From the IMG/VR virus record IMGVR_UViG_2718218452_000007: a stretch of DNA of 34,932 bases; one strand, 5' to 3'. Shown here one piece after another: positions 8,576 to 17,993 of the stretch. Within the stretch, counting starts at the first letter, position 1, and every line of letters begins with the position of its first letter. The DNA comes from a virus (lineage: Duplodnaviria > Heunggongvirae > Uroviricota > Caudoviricetes). The position numbers and the translations under genes are program-made. The notes under the pieces are model-generated. The model was not told the DNA's origin. It worked only from the letters and a program-made list of their open reading frames with translations, and made no database searches.

Positions 8576-9892
8576 TCATTTGACTGGACGTTGTTGGATA
8601 TAATGTTTTGTATTTCTCCATATTTTTTTTGAAAAGACTCTTAACCATTCCTCAAATTGAATGATTTCCTCTTGGGTTGTGGCTAGGCCAATATGGTTGT
8701 TCTCATTCTTGACTTGTTCTATTTTGGATTCGTAAAAAAAAGATATAAAATCTCTCAGGTCACTTTTTACTTGGTTGTCCCATATGATATTTGATTCGGA
8801 ATACGAATCTGTGATGTTTTTAAATTCTACTTTTTTTGAACATAGTGTGAGGGTTGCTCCTTGCTCTGAATAATAATTAAAGTCATTAAATACTCTGAGG
8901 TCGATGTGATTTTGCTTGTCTTTTTCATCATTAAAAAAAGTGCTCTTGCTTAATAGTGAAGATATTAATTGTTTGTTGTATTTACTATTTTTATTGGCGT
9001 TGCTTTTTTGGTTGTCATGGCTAAAAATATAAATATTAGGTTTCCCTTGCCATCCATGGTAGAAGTCTGTTGTTTTTCTGCCAAATAAAATATCTTTTAG
9101 TGTTTTTTTTCTTAATGTGTTGTGAATTATTGCTATTGTGGTGCGAGCGATATCGCTTAAGCTATTTTGTAGTTCAAATTCTTTTGCGTAGTTAATATAT
9201 TTTCCATTGATTGTTAAGTTGTCGCAAGATATATCTCTTGATTTTACTTCCACCTGTTTGATTTGTGTTGACAATAATCTCTTGGCTATAACTCGCTGGA
9301 CCAAATTCATTGGTGATAAGTCAAGCTCAATGACTCTGTTTGTATACTCCGTACTGGCAATGATTGAACTGCTGGCATTAAAAGGGAGATTTATTTTTGT
9401 GTCAATGAAATAATTTAATTCATTATCATAACGTTCTTCGTCGATGAAAGTTATATGGGATATGCCATTTCGATATAGGCGTATTATTGGAATTAAGAAA
9501 AACTCATTTTCTCCGCAACCAAATAAAATGGGTTTTTGACAACAAATAATGTTGTTGTAATATGATTGCTCTGTGATATGGAATAGTTTGTTTTCTGATA
9601 GTCTCAAGTTGATACAATTGTAGAATGAATGGATTGTTAAATCGCATAAGCCGGGAGAGTTTAAAAAATTAGCATCACCCAAATTGACGCTAACTCCATT
9701 ATTCTCGTATTTCATTGATAACTTTGTTGATAACACATTACAGCCTGAAAGACACTTAAAAGTGTTATCAGGGGTTAAAATCGCCAAAAACATACCTGTT
9801 TTGATTAATTGCGATGCAGTTTCCTCCGCATTGTCATATGTTGGTGACTGGGTTGTGTAAGTATGCCAGACTGTTCCTTTTTTGATCTGCAT
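8576..9892 (-). CDS. Hypothetical 438-aa protein, first gene of cargo operon at the P2 tin/old position
   Basis: Long clean ORF in very AT-rich DNA with AGGA Shine-Dalgarno 6-7 nt upstream; N/K/I/Y-rich; no Walker A, so not an Old-type ATPase; no family recognised. Confidence 0.75.
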   Translation of the reverse strand: MQIKKGTVWHTYTTQSPTYDNAEETASQLIKTGMFLAILTPDNTFKCLSGCNVLSTKLSMKYENNGVSVNLGDANFLNSPGLCDLTIHSFYNCINLRLSENKLFHITEQSYYNNIICCQKPILFGCGENEFFLIPIIRLYRNGISHITFIDEERYDNELNYFIDTKINLPFNASSSIIASTEYTNRVIELDLSPMNLVQRVIAKRLLSTQIKQVEVKSRDISCDNLTINGKYINYAKEFELQNSLSDIARTTIAIIHNTLRKKTLKDILFGRKTTDFYHGWQGKPNIYIFSHDNQKSNANKNSKYNKQLISSLLSKSTFFNDEKDKQNHIDLRVFNDFNYYSEQGATLTLCSKKVEFKNITDSYSESNIIWDNQVKSDLRDFISFFYESKIEQVKNENNHIGLATTQEEIIQFEEWLRVFSKKIWRNTKHYIQQRPVK

Positions 9893-10057
9893 GTTTTTCC
9901 TTCTGGATTTTTCTAGAACACAATTCTCAATATTGTATGGTTACGTTGCATGATAATGCATTTGTTTCAAAATATCTTTTTGATGAGCTTCAGGTAGTGT
10001 TGGTGCGGGTTAAAGATAGTGATTCAACTGCATTCAAACTGCCCCATGAAGCGGGCG

Positions 10058-10076
10058 GGCGAGGCGGGGAAAGCAC
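10058..10076 (+). other. cos site (19-nt cohesive end sequence)
   Basis: ggcgaggcggggaaagcac, the P2 cohesive-end sequence as recalled, in a GC-rich tract next to Q. Confidence 0.7.
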
Positions 10077-10218
10077 TGCGCGCTGGCGGTGGTGCTGATT
10101 TTATTTTTTCAGCGTCTCAGCGCGTCGTGACGGCGTTTGGATTGTGCGCCGGGGCGTTGGTGTGTCTGCGGGGTGTTTTGTGCGGTGGTGAGCGTGTGAG
10201 GGCGTGATGACGGGGTGT

Positions 10219-10240
10219 AAAAAAGCCGCCCGCAGGCGGC
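10219..10240 (-). terminator. Intrinsic terminator after Q (end of the P-Q operon)
   Basis: Minus-strand hairpin gccgcc-tgcg-ggcggc followed by TTTTTT, just 3' of the Q stop. Confidence 0.6.
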
Positions 10241-10245
10241 GATGT

Positions 10246-11280
10246 TCAGCCGTTGTCGGTGTCCAGTGAGTAGTTTTTAAAGCGGATGACCTCCTGACCG
10301 AGCCAGCCGTTTATCTCGCGGATCCTGTCCTGTAACGGGATAAGCTCATTGCGGACAAAGACCTTTGCCACTTTCTCAATATCACCCAGCGACCCGACGT
10401 TCTCCGGCTTGCCGCCCATCAACTGAAAAGGGATGCGGTGCGCGTCCAGCAGGTCTGCGGCGCTGGCTTTTTTGATATTAAAAAAATCGTCCTTCGTTGC
10501 CACTTCACTGAGCGGGATAATTTTAATGCCGTCGGCTTTCCCTTGCGGGGCATAGAGAAACAGATTTTTAAAGTTGTTGCGGCCTTTCGACTTCACCATG
10601 TTTTCGCGGAGCATTTCGATATCGTTGCGATCCTGCACGGCATCAGTGACGTACATGATGTATCCGGCATGTGCGCCGTTTTCGTAATACTTGCGGCGGA
10701 ACAGCGTGGCCGACTCATTCAGCCAGGCAGAGTTAAGGGCGCTGAGATATTCCGGCAGGCCGTACAGCTCCTGATTAATATCCGGCTCCAGCAGGTGAAA
10801 CACGGAACCGGGCGCGAAGGCTGTCGGCTCGTTGAAGGACGGCACCCACCAGTAAACATCCTCTTCCACACCACGGCGGGTATATTTTGCCGGTGAGGTT
10901 TCCAGTCTGATGACTTTACCGGTAGTGCTGTAACGCTTTTCCAGAAACGCATTACCGAACACCAGAAAATCCAGCACAAAGCGGCTGAAATCCTGCTGGG
11001 ACAGCCACGGATGCGGGATAAATGTCGAGGCCAGAATATTGCGTTTGACGTAAATCGGGGAGCTATGATGCACGGCAGCACGCAGGCTTTTTGCCAGACC
11101 GGTAAAGCTGACCGGTGGCTCATACCATCTGCCGTTACTGATGCATTCGACGTAATCCAGAATGTCACGGCGGTCGAGTACCGGCACCGGTTCGCCAAAG
11201 GTGAATGCCTCCATTTTCGGGGCGCTGGCGGTCATTTTTTTTGCCGCAGGTTGCAGTGTTTTCCCTTTTTTCTTGCTCAT
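10246..11280 (-). CDS. Q: Portal protein
   Basis: 344 aa, start overlaps the P stop; matches P2 Q as recalled. Confidence 0.92.
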   Translation of the reverse strand: MSKKKGKTLQPAAKKMTASAPKMEAFTFGEPVPVLDRRDILDYVECISNGRWYEPPVSFTGLAKSLRAAVHHSSPIYVKRNILASTFIPHPWLSQQDFSRFVLDFLVFGNAFLEKRYSTTGKVIRLETSPAKYTRRGVEEDVYWWVPSFNEPTAFAPGSVFHLLEPDINQELYGLPEYLSALNSAWLNESATLFRRKYYENGAHAGYIMYVTDAVQDRNDIEMLRENMVKSKGRNNFKNLFLYAPQGKADGIKIIPLSEVATKDDFFNIKKASAADLLDAHRIPFQLMGGKPENVGSLGDIEKVAKVFVRNELIPLQDRIREINGWLGQEVIRFKNYSLDTDNG

Positions 11281-13052
11281 CAGTAAAACTCCAGAATGGT
11301 GGATGTCAGCGGGGTGCTGATACCGGCGGTGAGTGGCTCATTTAACAGGGCGTGCATGGTCGCCCAGGCGAGGTCGGCGTGGCTGGCTTCCTCGCTGCGG
11401 CTGGCCTCATAAGTGGCGCTGCGTCCGCTGCTGGTCATGGTCTTGCGGATAGCCATAAACGAGCTGGTGATGTCGGTGGCGCTGACGTCATATTCCAGAC
11501 AGCCACGGCGGATGACGTCTTTTGCCTTGAGCACCATTGCGGTTTTCATTTCCGGCGTGTAGCGGATATCGCGCGCGGCGGGATAGAACGAGCGCACGAG
11601 CTGGAACACGCCGACACCGAGGCCGGTGGCATCAATACCGATGTATTCGACGTTGTATTTTTCGGTGAGTTTGCGGATGGATTCCGCCTGAGTGGCAAAG
11701 TCCATGCCTTTCCACTGGTGACGCTCAAGTATTCTGAATTTGCCACCGGCCACCACCGGCGGTGCCAGTACCACGCATCCGGCGCTGTCGCCACGGTGTG
11801 ACGGGTCGTAACCAATCCAGACCGGGCGGGAGCCGAACGGATTGGCGGCAAACGGCGCATAGTCTTCCCATTCTTCCAGCGTGTCGACCATGCAGCGTTG
11901 CAGCTCCTCGAACGGGAACACCGATGCCTTGTCGTCAACAAATTCACACATGAACAGGTTTTTAAAATCGTCGGCGCTGTTTTCGCGTTTAAGCTGCTCA
12001 ATGTCGAACAATGTGCAGCCGCCTTTCAGGGCGTCCTCAATGGTGACAATCTGCCGCCACTGGCCGTCCGCACAGAGAAGCCCACCGGCAAGGGCGTTAT
12101 GACTGACGTCGATTTCCACGCGTTCGGCGGCGCTGGCGCGTCCCCGGTTAAACAGTTCACCGGACCAGAACGGGTAGGCGTCGTGCGCCAGCGTGGACGG
12201 GGTGGAGAAATAGGTCGAGCGCAGGTGGCTCTGTGAGGCCATACCTGATGCCACCTTACGCAGTACCTGAAAATTCGGGATCCAGAAAATCTCGTCGACG
12301 TACAGGTCGCCGTTATGGCTCTGCGCGGTGTTGGAGTTGGTGCCGAGAAAAATCAGTTTTGCGCCGTTATTGCCCAGGACAATCGGGTCACCGGTAAGGT
12401 CAACGTCAACCAGACGGGCAAAGGCGATGATGTATTCGCGGAACACATACGCCTGCGTTTTACTGGCCGACAGAAAAATCTGGTTATGACCGGTTTTCAG
12501 GGCGCGCAGCAGCGCCTCGCGGGAAAAATAAAACGTCGCGCCAATCTGGCGGGATTTCAGGATATCGCGGATGCGGTGCTCAAGCCCTGCGCGATACCAG
12601 TGCAACTGATATTCGAAAGACTGCTCAAAGAAAATCTGCTCCAGCTTTTCGATGGCCTCGTCACTGAAAAAATTCTTTTTCGGTTTGCGACGCCCGCCTT
12701 TGTTGCGGTTAGCGACGTTCGGATTAAGGTCTGCCTCGTTGCCGGTCTGACTGTAACGGTTGACCCGTGCCAGTCGTTCAATCTGGCGTCCGAGCAGGTC
12801 AATTTCCTTGAAGTCACCGCCGGTTTTCTGCGGTTTGATGATGAGCCGGGTCAGCCGCGCTTCCAGACTCATTTCGACACGGCTGATGGGGGCAACGCTG
12901 TCCCAGCCGTCGCGCTGTTTCCAGCTCTGCACCGTCGGGCGTTTCATCTGCAACATGGCGGCAATCTGCGGCACGGAAAATCCCTGCCAGTACAGCAGCG
13001 CCGCCTGACGACGCGGGTCGTGTAAAAGAGTGGTGTCTGTGGTGATGGTCAT
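11280..13052 (-). CDS. P: Terminase large subunit (ATPase/nuclease)
   Basis: 590 aa from ATG 13052 (tracked ORF is 10 codons longer); matches P2 P as recalled. Confidence 0.92.
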   Translation of the reverse strand: MTITTDTTLLHDPRRQAALLYWQGFSVPQIAAMLQMKRPTVQSWKQRDGWDSVAPISRVEMSLEARLTRLIIKPQKTGGDFKEIDLLGRQIERLARVNRYSQTGNEADLNPNVANRNKGGRRKPKKNFFSDEAIEKLEQIFFEQSFEYQLHWYRAGLEHRIRDILKSRQIGATFYFSREALLRALKTGHNQIFLSASKTQAYVFREYIIAFARLVDVDLTGDPIVLGNNGAKLIFLGTNSNTAQSHNGDLYVDEIFWIPNFQVLRKVASGMASQSHLRSTYFSTPSTLAHDAYPFWSGELFNRGRASAAERVEIDVSHNALAGGLLCADGQWRQIVTIEDALKGGCTLFDIEQLKRENSADDFKNLFMCEFVDDKASVFPFEELQRCMVDTLEEWEDYAPFAANPFGSRPVWIGYDPSHRGDSAGCVVLAPPVVAGGKFRILERHQWKGMDFATQAESIRKLTEKYNVEYIGIDATGLGVGVFQLVRSFYPAARDIRYTPEMKTAMVLKAKDVIRRGCLEYDVSATDITSSFMAIRKTMTSSGRSATYEASRSEEASHADLAWATMHALLNEPLTAGISTPLTSTILEFY

Positions 13053-13120
13053 GAATACCTCGCCGTGATGAATACACGGCAAGGCTACTGAGTCGCGCCC
13101 CGCGATTCGCTAAGGTGCTG

Positions 13121-13139
13121 TTGTGTCAGTGATAAGCCA
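13121..13139 (+). promoter_or_regulatory. Late-promoter activator element in the divergent P/O control region
   Basis: TTGT-N11-GCCA; the same TTGT-N11-RCMA pattern recurs at 20301-20319 and 26607-26625 upstream of the other late operons. Confidence 0.45.
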
Positions 13140-13225
13140 TCCGGGACTGATGGCGGAGGATGCGCATCGTCGGGAAACTGATGCCGACATGTGACTCCTC
13201 TAATCACTATTCAGGACTCCTGACA

Positions 13226-14080
13226 ATGGCAAAAAAAGTCTCAAAATTCTTTCGTATCGGCGTTGAGGGTGACACCTGTGACGGGCGTGTCATCAGTGCG
13301 CAGGATATTCAGGAAATGGCCGAAACCTTTGACCCGCGAGTCTATGGTTGCCGCATTAACCTGGAACATCTGCGCGGCATCCTGCCTGACGGTATTTTTA
13401 AGCGTTATGGCGATGTGGCCGAACTGAAGGCCGAAAAGATTGACGATGATTCGGCGCTGAAAGGCAAATGGGCGCTGTTTGCGAAAATCACCCCGACCGA
13501 TGACCTTATCGCGATGAACAAGGCCGCGCAGAAGGTCTATACCTCAATGGAAATTCAGCCGAACTTTGCCAATACCGGCAAATGTTATCTGGTGGGTCTG
13601 GCCGTCACCGATGACCCGGCAAGCCTCGGCACGGAATACCTGGAATTCTGCCGCACGGCAAAACACAACCCCCTGAACCGCTTCAAATTAAGCCCTGAAA
13701 ACCTGATTTCAGTGGCAACGCCTGTTGAGCTGGAATTTGAAGACCTGCCTGAAACCGTGTTCACCGCCCTGACCGAAAAGGTGAAGTCCATTTTTGGCCG
13801 CAAACAGGCCAGCGATGATGCCCGTCTGAATGACGTGCATGAAGCGGTGACCGCTGTTGCTGAACATGTGCAGGAAAAACTGAGCGCCACTGAGCAGCGC
13901 CTCGCTGAGATGGAAACCGCCTTTTCCGCACTTAAGCAGGAGGTGACTGACAGGGCGGATGAAACCAGCCAGGCATTCACCCGCCTGAAAAACAGTCTCG
14001 ACCACACCGAAAGTCTGACCCAGCAGCGCCGCAGTAAAGCCACCGGCGGTGGCGGTGACGCCCTGATGACGAACTGCTGA
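13226..14080 (+). CDS. O: Capsid scaffolding protein
   Basis: 284 aa from ATG 13226 (tracked ORF starts 22 codons earlier). Confidence 0.9.
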   Translation: MAKKVSKFFRIGVEGDTCDGRVISAQDIQEMAETFDPRVYGCRINLEHLRGILPDGIFKRYGDVAELKAEKIDDDSALKGKWALFAKITPTDDLIAMNKAAQKVYTSMEIQPNFANTGKCYLVGLAVTDDPASLGTEYLEFCRTAKHNPLNRFKLSPENLISVATPVELEFEDLPETVFTALTEKVKSIFGRKQASDDARLNDVHEAVTAVAEHVQEKLSATEQRLAEMETAFSALKQEVTDRADETSQAFTRLKNSLDHTESLTQQRRSKATGGGGDALMTNC

Positions 14081-14138
14081 CCGGCGTCAGTCAGTCCGGG
14101 AAAACCTTCACGATTAACCCTTAATTTCAGGAAAAACT

Positions 14139-15212
14139 ATGCGCCAGGAAACCCGCTTTAAATTTAATGCCTACCTGTCCCGTGTTGCCGAACTGAACGG
14201 CATCGACGCCGGTGATGTGTCGAAAAAATTCACCGTTGAACCGTCGGTCACCCAGACCCTGATGAACACCATGCAGGAGTCCTCTGACTTTCTGACCCGC
14301 ATCAACATTGTGCCGGTCAGCGAAATGAAAGGGGAAAAAATTGGTATCGGTGTCACCGGCTCCATCGCCAGCACCACCGACACCGCCGGTGGCACCGAGC
14401 GTCAGCCGAAGGACTTCTCGAAGCTGGCGTCCAGTAAGTACGAATGCGACCAGATTAACTTCGATTTTTATATTCGCTACAAAACGCTTGACCTGTGGGC
14501 GCGTTATCAGGATTTCCAGCTCCGTGTCCGTAACGCCATTATCAAACGTCAGTCCCTTGATTTCATCATGGCCGGTTTTAACGGCGTGAAGCGTGCCGAA
14601 ACCTCTGACCGCAGCAGCAATCCGATGCTGCAGGATGTGGCGGTCGGCTGGCTGCAGAAATACCGCAATGAAGCCCCGGCGCGTGTGATGAGTAAGGTCA
14701 CTGACGAGGAAGGCCGCACCACCTCTGAGGTTATCCGCGTGGGTAAGGGCGGTGATTATGCCAGCCTTGATGCACTGGTGATGGATGCGACCAACAACCT
14801 GATTGAGCCGTGGTATCAGGAAGACCCTGACCTTGTGGTGATTGTGGGGCGTCAGTTACTGGCGGACAAGTATTTCCCCATCGTTAACAAGGAGCAGGAC
14901 AACAGCGAAATGCTGGCCGCTGACGTCATCATCAGCCAGAAACGCATCGGTAACCTGCCGGCGGTACGCGTCCCGTACTTCCCGGCGGATGCGATGCTCA
15001 TCACGAAGCTGGAAAACCTGTCCATCTACTACATGGATGACAGTCATCGCCGCGTGATTGAGGAAAACCCGAAACTTGACCGCGTGGAGAACTACGAGTC
15101 AATGAACATTGATTACGTGGTGGAAGACTACGCCGCCGGTTGTCTGGTGGAAAAAATTAAGGTCGGTGATTTCTCCACACTGGCTAAAGCGACCGCAGAG
15201 CCGGGAGCGTAA
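14139..15212 (+). CDS. N: Major capsid protein
   Basis: 357 aa, directly after O. Confidence 0.92.
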   Translation: MRQETRFKFNAYLSRVAELNGIDAGDVSKKFTVEPSVTQTLMNTMQESSDFLTRINIVPVSEMKGEKIGIGVTGSIASTTDTAGGTERQPKDFSKLASSKYECDQINFDFYIRYKTLDLWARYQDFQLRVRNAIIKRQSLDFIMAGFNGVKRAETSDRSSNPMLQDVAVGWLQKYRNEAPARVMSKVTDEEGRTTSEVIRVGKGGDYASLDALVMDATNNLIEPWYQEDPDLVVIVGRQLLADKYFPIVNKEQDNSEMLAADVIISQKRIGNLPAVRVPYFPADAMLITKLENLSIYYMDDSHRRVIEENPKLDRVENYESMNIDYVVEDYAAGCLVEKIKVGDFSTLAKATAEPGA

Positions 15213-15215
15213 CCG

Positions 15216-15959
15216 ATGACGAGTCCCGCACAGCGCCACATGATGCGGGTCTCGGCAGCGATGACCGCGCAGCGGGAAGCCGCCCCGCTGCGACATGCAA
15301 CTGTCTATGAGCAGATGCTGGTTAAGCTCGCCGCAGACCAGCGCACACTGAAAGCGATTTATTCAAAAGAGCTGAAGGCCGCGAAAAAACGCGAACTGCT
15401 GCCGTTCTGGTTGCCGTGGGTGAACGGCGTGCTGGAGCAGGGCAAAGGCGCACAGGATGACATTCTGATGACGGTCATGCTGTGGCGTCTGGATACCGGA
15501 GATATTGCCGGTGCGCTGGAGATTGCCCGTTATGCCCTGAAGTACGGTCTGACCATGCCGGGTAAACACCGCCGCACCCCGCCGTACATGTTCACCGAGG
15601 AGGTCGCGCTCGCGGCCATGCGCGCCCACGCTGCCGGTGAATCTGTGGATACCCGCCTGCTGACGGAAACCCTTGAACTGACCGCCACGGCAGACATGCC
15701 TGATGAAGTGCGCGCAAAGCTGCACAAAATCACCGGTCTGTTTCTGCGTGACGGTGGTGATGCCGCCGGTGCGCTGGCTCACCTGCAACGTGCGACACAG
15801 CTCGACTGTCAGGCAGGCGTCAAAAAAGAGATTGAACGACTGGAGCGGGAGCTGAAACCGAAGCCGGAGCCGCAGCCAAAAGCGGCCACCCGCGCCCCGC
15901 GTAAGACCCGGAGTGCGACACCGGCAAAACGTGGACGCCCGAAAAAGAAAGCCAGTTAA
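15216..15959 (+). CDS. M: Terminase small subunit / endonuclease subunit
   Basis: 247 aa with basic C-terminal tail. Confidence 0.9.
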   Translation: MTSPAQRHMMRVSAAMTAQREAAPLRHATVYEQMLVKLAADQRTLKAIYSKELKAAKKRELLPFWLPWVNGVLEQGKGAQDDILMTVMLWRLDTGDIAGALEIARYALKYGLTMPGKHRRTPPYMFTEEVALAAMRAHAAGESVDTRLLTETLELTATADMPDEVRAKLHKITGLFLRDGGDAAGALAHLQRATQLDCQAGVKKEIERLERELKPKPEPQPKAATRAPRKTRSATPAKRGRPKKKAS

Positions 15960-16058
15960 CAACCGAATGCGCCCCGCGCCAGGGCGGCACGTCGGTCAGT
16001 GAGGGTGAATCACCTGACACTGCACCGGCGTCCACCGCCCGACTTTTCAGAGGTAGTC

Positions 16059-16568
16059 ATGATGACGCTGATTATTCCGCGAAAGGAGGCTCCCGTGTCC
16101 GGTGAGGGTACGGTGGTCATCCCGCAACCGGCAGGCGACGAGCCGGTGATTAAAAACACGTTCTTTTTTCCCGATATCGACCCGAAGCGCGTCCGGGAAC
16201 GTATGCGCCTTGAGCAGACCGTCGCCCCCGCCCGTCTGCGTGAGGCTATCAAGTCAGGCATGGCGGAGACGAATGCGGAGCTGTACGAGTACCGCGAACA
16301 GAAAATTGCCGCCGGTTTTACGCGTCTGGCGGACGTCCCGGCGGACGACATCGACGGTGAAAGCATCAGGGTTTTTTACTACGAGCGCGCCGTGTGTGCG
16401 ATGGCGACCGCGTCGCTTTATGAGCGTTATCGCGGCGTGGATGCCAGTGCGAAAGGCGACAAGAAGGCCGACAGCATTGACAGCACCATTGATGAGCTGT
16501 GGCGGGATATGCGCTGGGCAGTGGCGCGAATCCAGGACAAGCCGCGCTGCATCGTGAGTCAAATCTGA
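16059..16568 (+). CDS. L: Head completion protein
   Basis: 169 aa from ATG 16059 (GAGG upstream); tracked ORF starts 20 codons earlier. Confidence 0.88.
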   Translation: MMTLIIPRKEAPVSGEGTVVIPQPAGDEPVIKNTFFFPDIDPKRVRERMRLEQTVAPARLREAIKSGMAETNAELYEYREQKIAAGFTRLADVPADDIDGESIRVFYYERAVCAMATASLYERYRGVDASAKGDKKADSIDSTIDELWRDMRWAVARIQDKPRCIVSQI

Positions 16569-16771
16569 TGAAGACCTTTGCGCTACAGGGCGACACGCTC
16601 GACGCCATTTGTGTCCGGTATTACGGGCGCACTGAGGGCGTGGTCGAAGCCGTGCTCGCCGCAAATCCGGGACTGGCTGAACTGGGTGTGGTGCTGCCAC
16701 ACGGCACCGCCGTCGAACTGCCCGACGTTCAGACCGCGCCCGTGGCTGAAACTGTCAATCTGTGGGAGTAA
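16568..16771 (+). CDS. X: Tail protein X (LysM-like)
   Basis: 67 aa from the ATG overlapping the L stop (tracked ORF starts at 16499, 23 codons earlier). Confidence 0.85.
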   Translation: MKTFALQGDTLDAICVRYYGRTEGVVEAVLAANPGLAELGVVLPHGTAVELPDVQTAPVAETVNLWE

Positions 16772-16774
16772 CGC

Positions 16775-17056
16775 ATGACAGCAGAAGAAAAAAGCGTCCT
16801 GTCGCTTTTCATGATTGGGGTGCTGATTGTTGTCGGCAAGGTGCTTGCCGGTGGTGAACCCATCACCCCGCGTCTGTTTATCGGGCGCATGTTGCTCGGT
16901 GGTTTTGTCTCGATGGTTGCCGGTGTTGTTCTGGTGCAGTTTCCTGACCTGTCACTGCCTGCAGTGTGCGGCATCGGCTCCATGCTGGGTATCGCCGGTT
17001 ATCAGGTGATTGAGATTGCCATTCAGCGCCGCTTTAAGGGCAGGGGGAAACCGTAA
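16775..17056 (+). CDS. Y: Holin
   Basis: 93 aa with hydrophobic transmembrane segments and charged C-terminus, immediately before the endolysin. Confidence 0.88.
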   Translation: MTAEEKSVLSLFMIGVLIVVGKVLAGGEPITPRLFIGRMLLGGFVSMVAGVVLVQFPDLSLPAVCGIGSMLGIAGYQVIEIAIQRRFKGRGKP

Positions 17057-17553
17057 TGCCGGTAATTAACACGCATCAGAATATCGCCGCCTTTCTCGAC
17101 ATGCTGGCGGTATCCGAAGGGACGGCGAATCATCCGCTGACGAAAAACCGTGGCTATGACGTGATAGTCACCGGACTGGACGGGAAGCCGGAAATTTTCA
17201 CCGACTACAGTGACCACCCGTTCGCGCATGGCCGACCGGCGAAGGTCTTTAACCGTCGCGGTGAAAAGTCCACGGCATCCGGTCGCTATCAGCAGCTTTA
17301 CCTGTTCTGGCCGCACTACCGCAAACAGCTTGCCCTGCCGGATTTCAGTCCGTTGTCACAGGACAGGCTCGCCATTCAGTTGATCCGCGAACGCGGTGCA
17401 CTGGATGACATCCGGGCGGGACGCATTGAGCGCGCTATTTCACGCTGTCGCAATATCTGGGCGTCCCTGCCGGGAGCCGGTTACGGTCAGCGTGAGCATT
17501 CACTGGAAAAACTGGTCACCGTCTGGCGTACCGCTGGCGGCGTACCGGCTTAA
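17056..17553 (+). CDS. K: Endolysin (lysozyme-like)
   Basis: 165 aa; position after the holin. Confidence 0.9.
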   Translation: MPVINTHQNIAAFLDMLAVSEGTANHPLTKNRGYDVIVTGLDGKPEIFTDYSDHPFAHGRPAKVFNRRGEKSTASGRYQQLYLFWPHYRKQLALPDFSPLSQDRLAIQLIRERGALDDIRAGRIERAISRCRNIWASLPGAGYGQREHSLEKLVTVWRTAGGVPA

Positions 17554-17567
17554 ACGGAGTAAACACC

Positions 17568-17993
17568 ATGAAGAAATTATCCCTTTCACTGATGCTGAAC
17601 GTGTCGCTGGCGCTGATGCTGGCACTGTCCCTGATTTACCCGCAGAGCGTGGCCGTCAATTTTGTCGCTGCCTGGGCGATTCTGGCGACGGTTATCTGTG
17701 TGGTTGACGGTGGTGTCGGCGTGTATGCCACTGAGTATGTGCTGGAACGCTACGGGCGGGAGCTGCCGCCGGAATCGCTGGCCGTGAAGATTGTCACGGC
17801 GCTGTTTTTGCAGCCGGTGCCGTGGCGCAGACGGGCGGCGGCTCTGGTGGTGATGGTGGCGACGTTTATCGCGCTGGTCGCTGCCGGGTGGATTTTTACC
17901 GCGCTGATTTATCTCGTGGCGTCGCTGTTTTTCCGGCTGATACGCACGGCCTGCCGTCAGCGTCTTGAGGGGCGGGAACTATGTCAAAGCTGA
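17568..17993 (+). CDS. lysA: Lysis timing protein LysA (membrane protein)
   Basis: 141 aa, several hydrophobic helices. Confidence 0.85.
   Translation: MKKLSLSLMLNVSLALMLALSLIYPQSVAVNFVAAWAILATVICVVDGGVGVYATEYVLERYGRELPPESLAVKIVTALFLQPVPWRRRAAALVVMVATFIALVAAGWIFTALIYLVASLFFRLIRTACRQRLEGRELCQS

Noticed and set aside
8576-9892. Assigning the 438-aa protein to Old, Tin or a HEPN nuclease
   Set aside because: No Walker A for Old and the size does not fit Tin. The only HEPN-like strings (RKTTDFYH, RNTKH) are short chance-level matches, so I leave the protein unassigned.
11352-13077. Several ORFs of 60-236 aa antisense to or out of frame within terminase gene P (e.g. 11352..11801, 11546..12001, 12315..13025, 12814..13077)
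   Set aside because: Expected stop-codon-poor frames in GC-rich coding DNA; they lack ribosome-binding sites and lie wholly inside a well-supported gene.
13585-16700. Overlapping or antisense ORFs inside O, N, M and L (e.g. 13585..14043, 15363..15962, 16254..16700)
   Set aside because: Same GC-rich artefact; the sense-strand genes match the P2 structural module in order and size.
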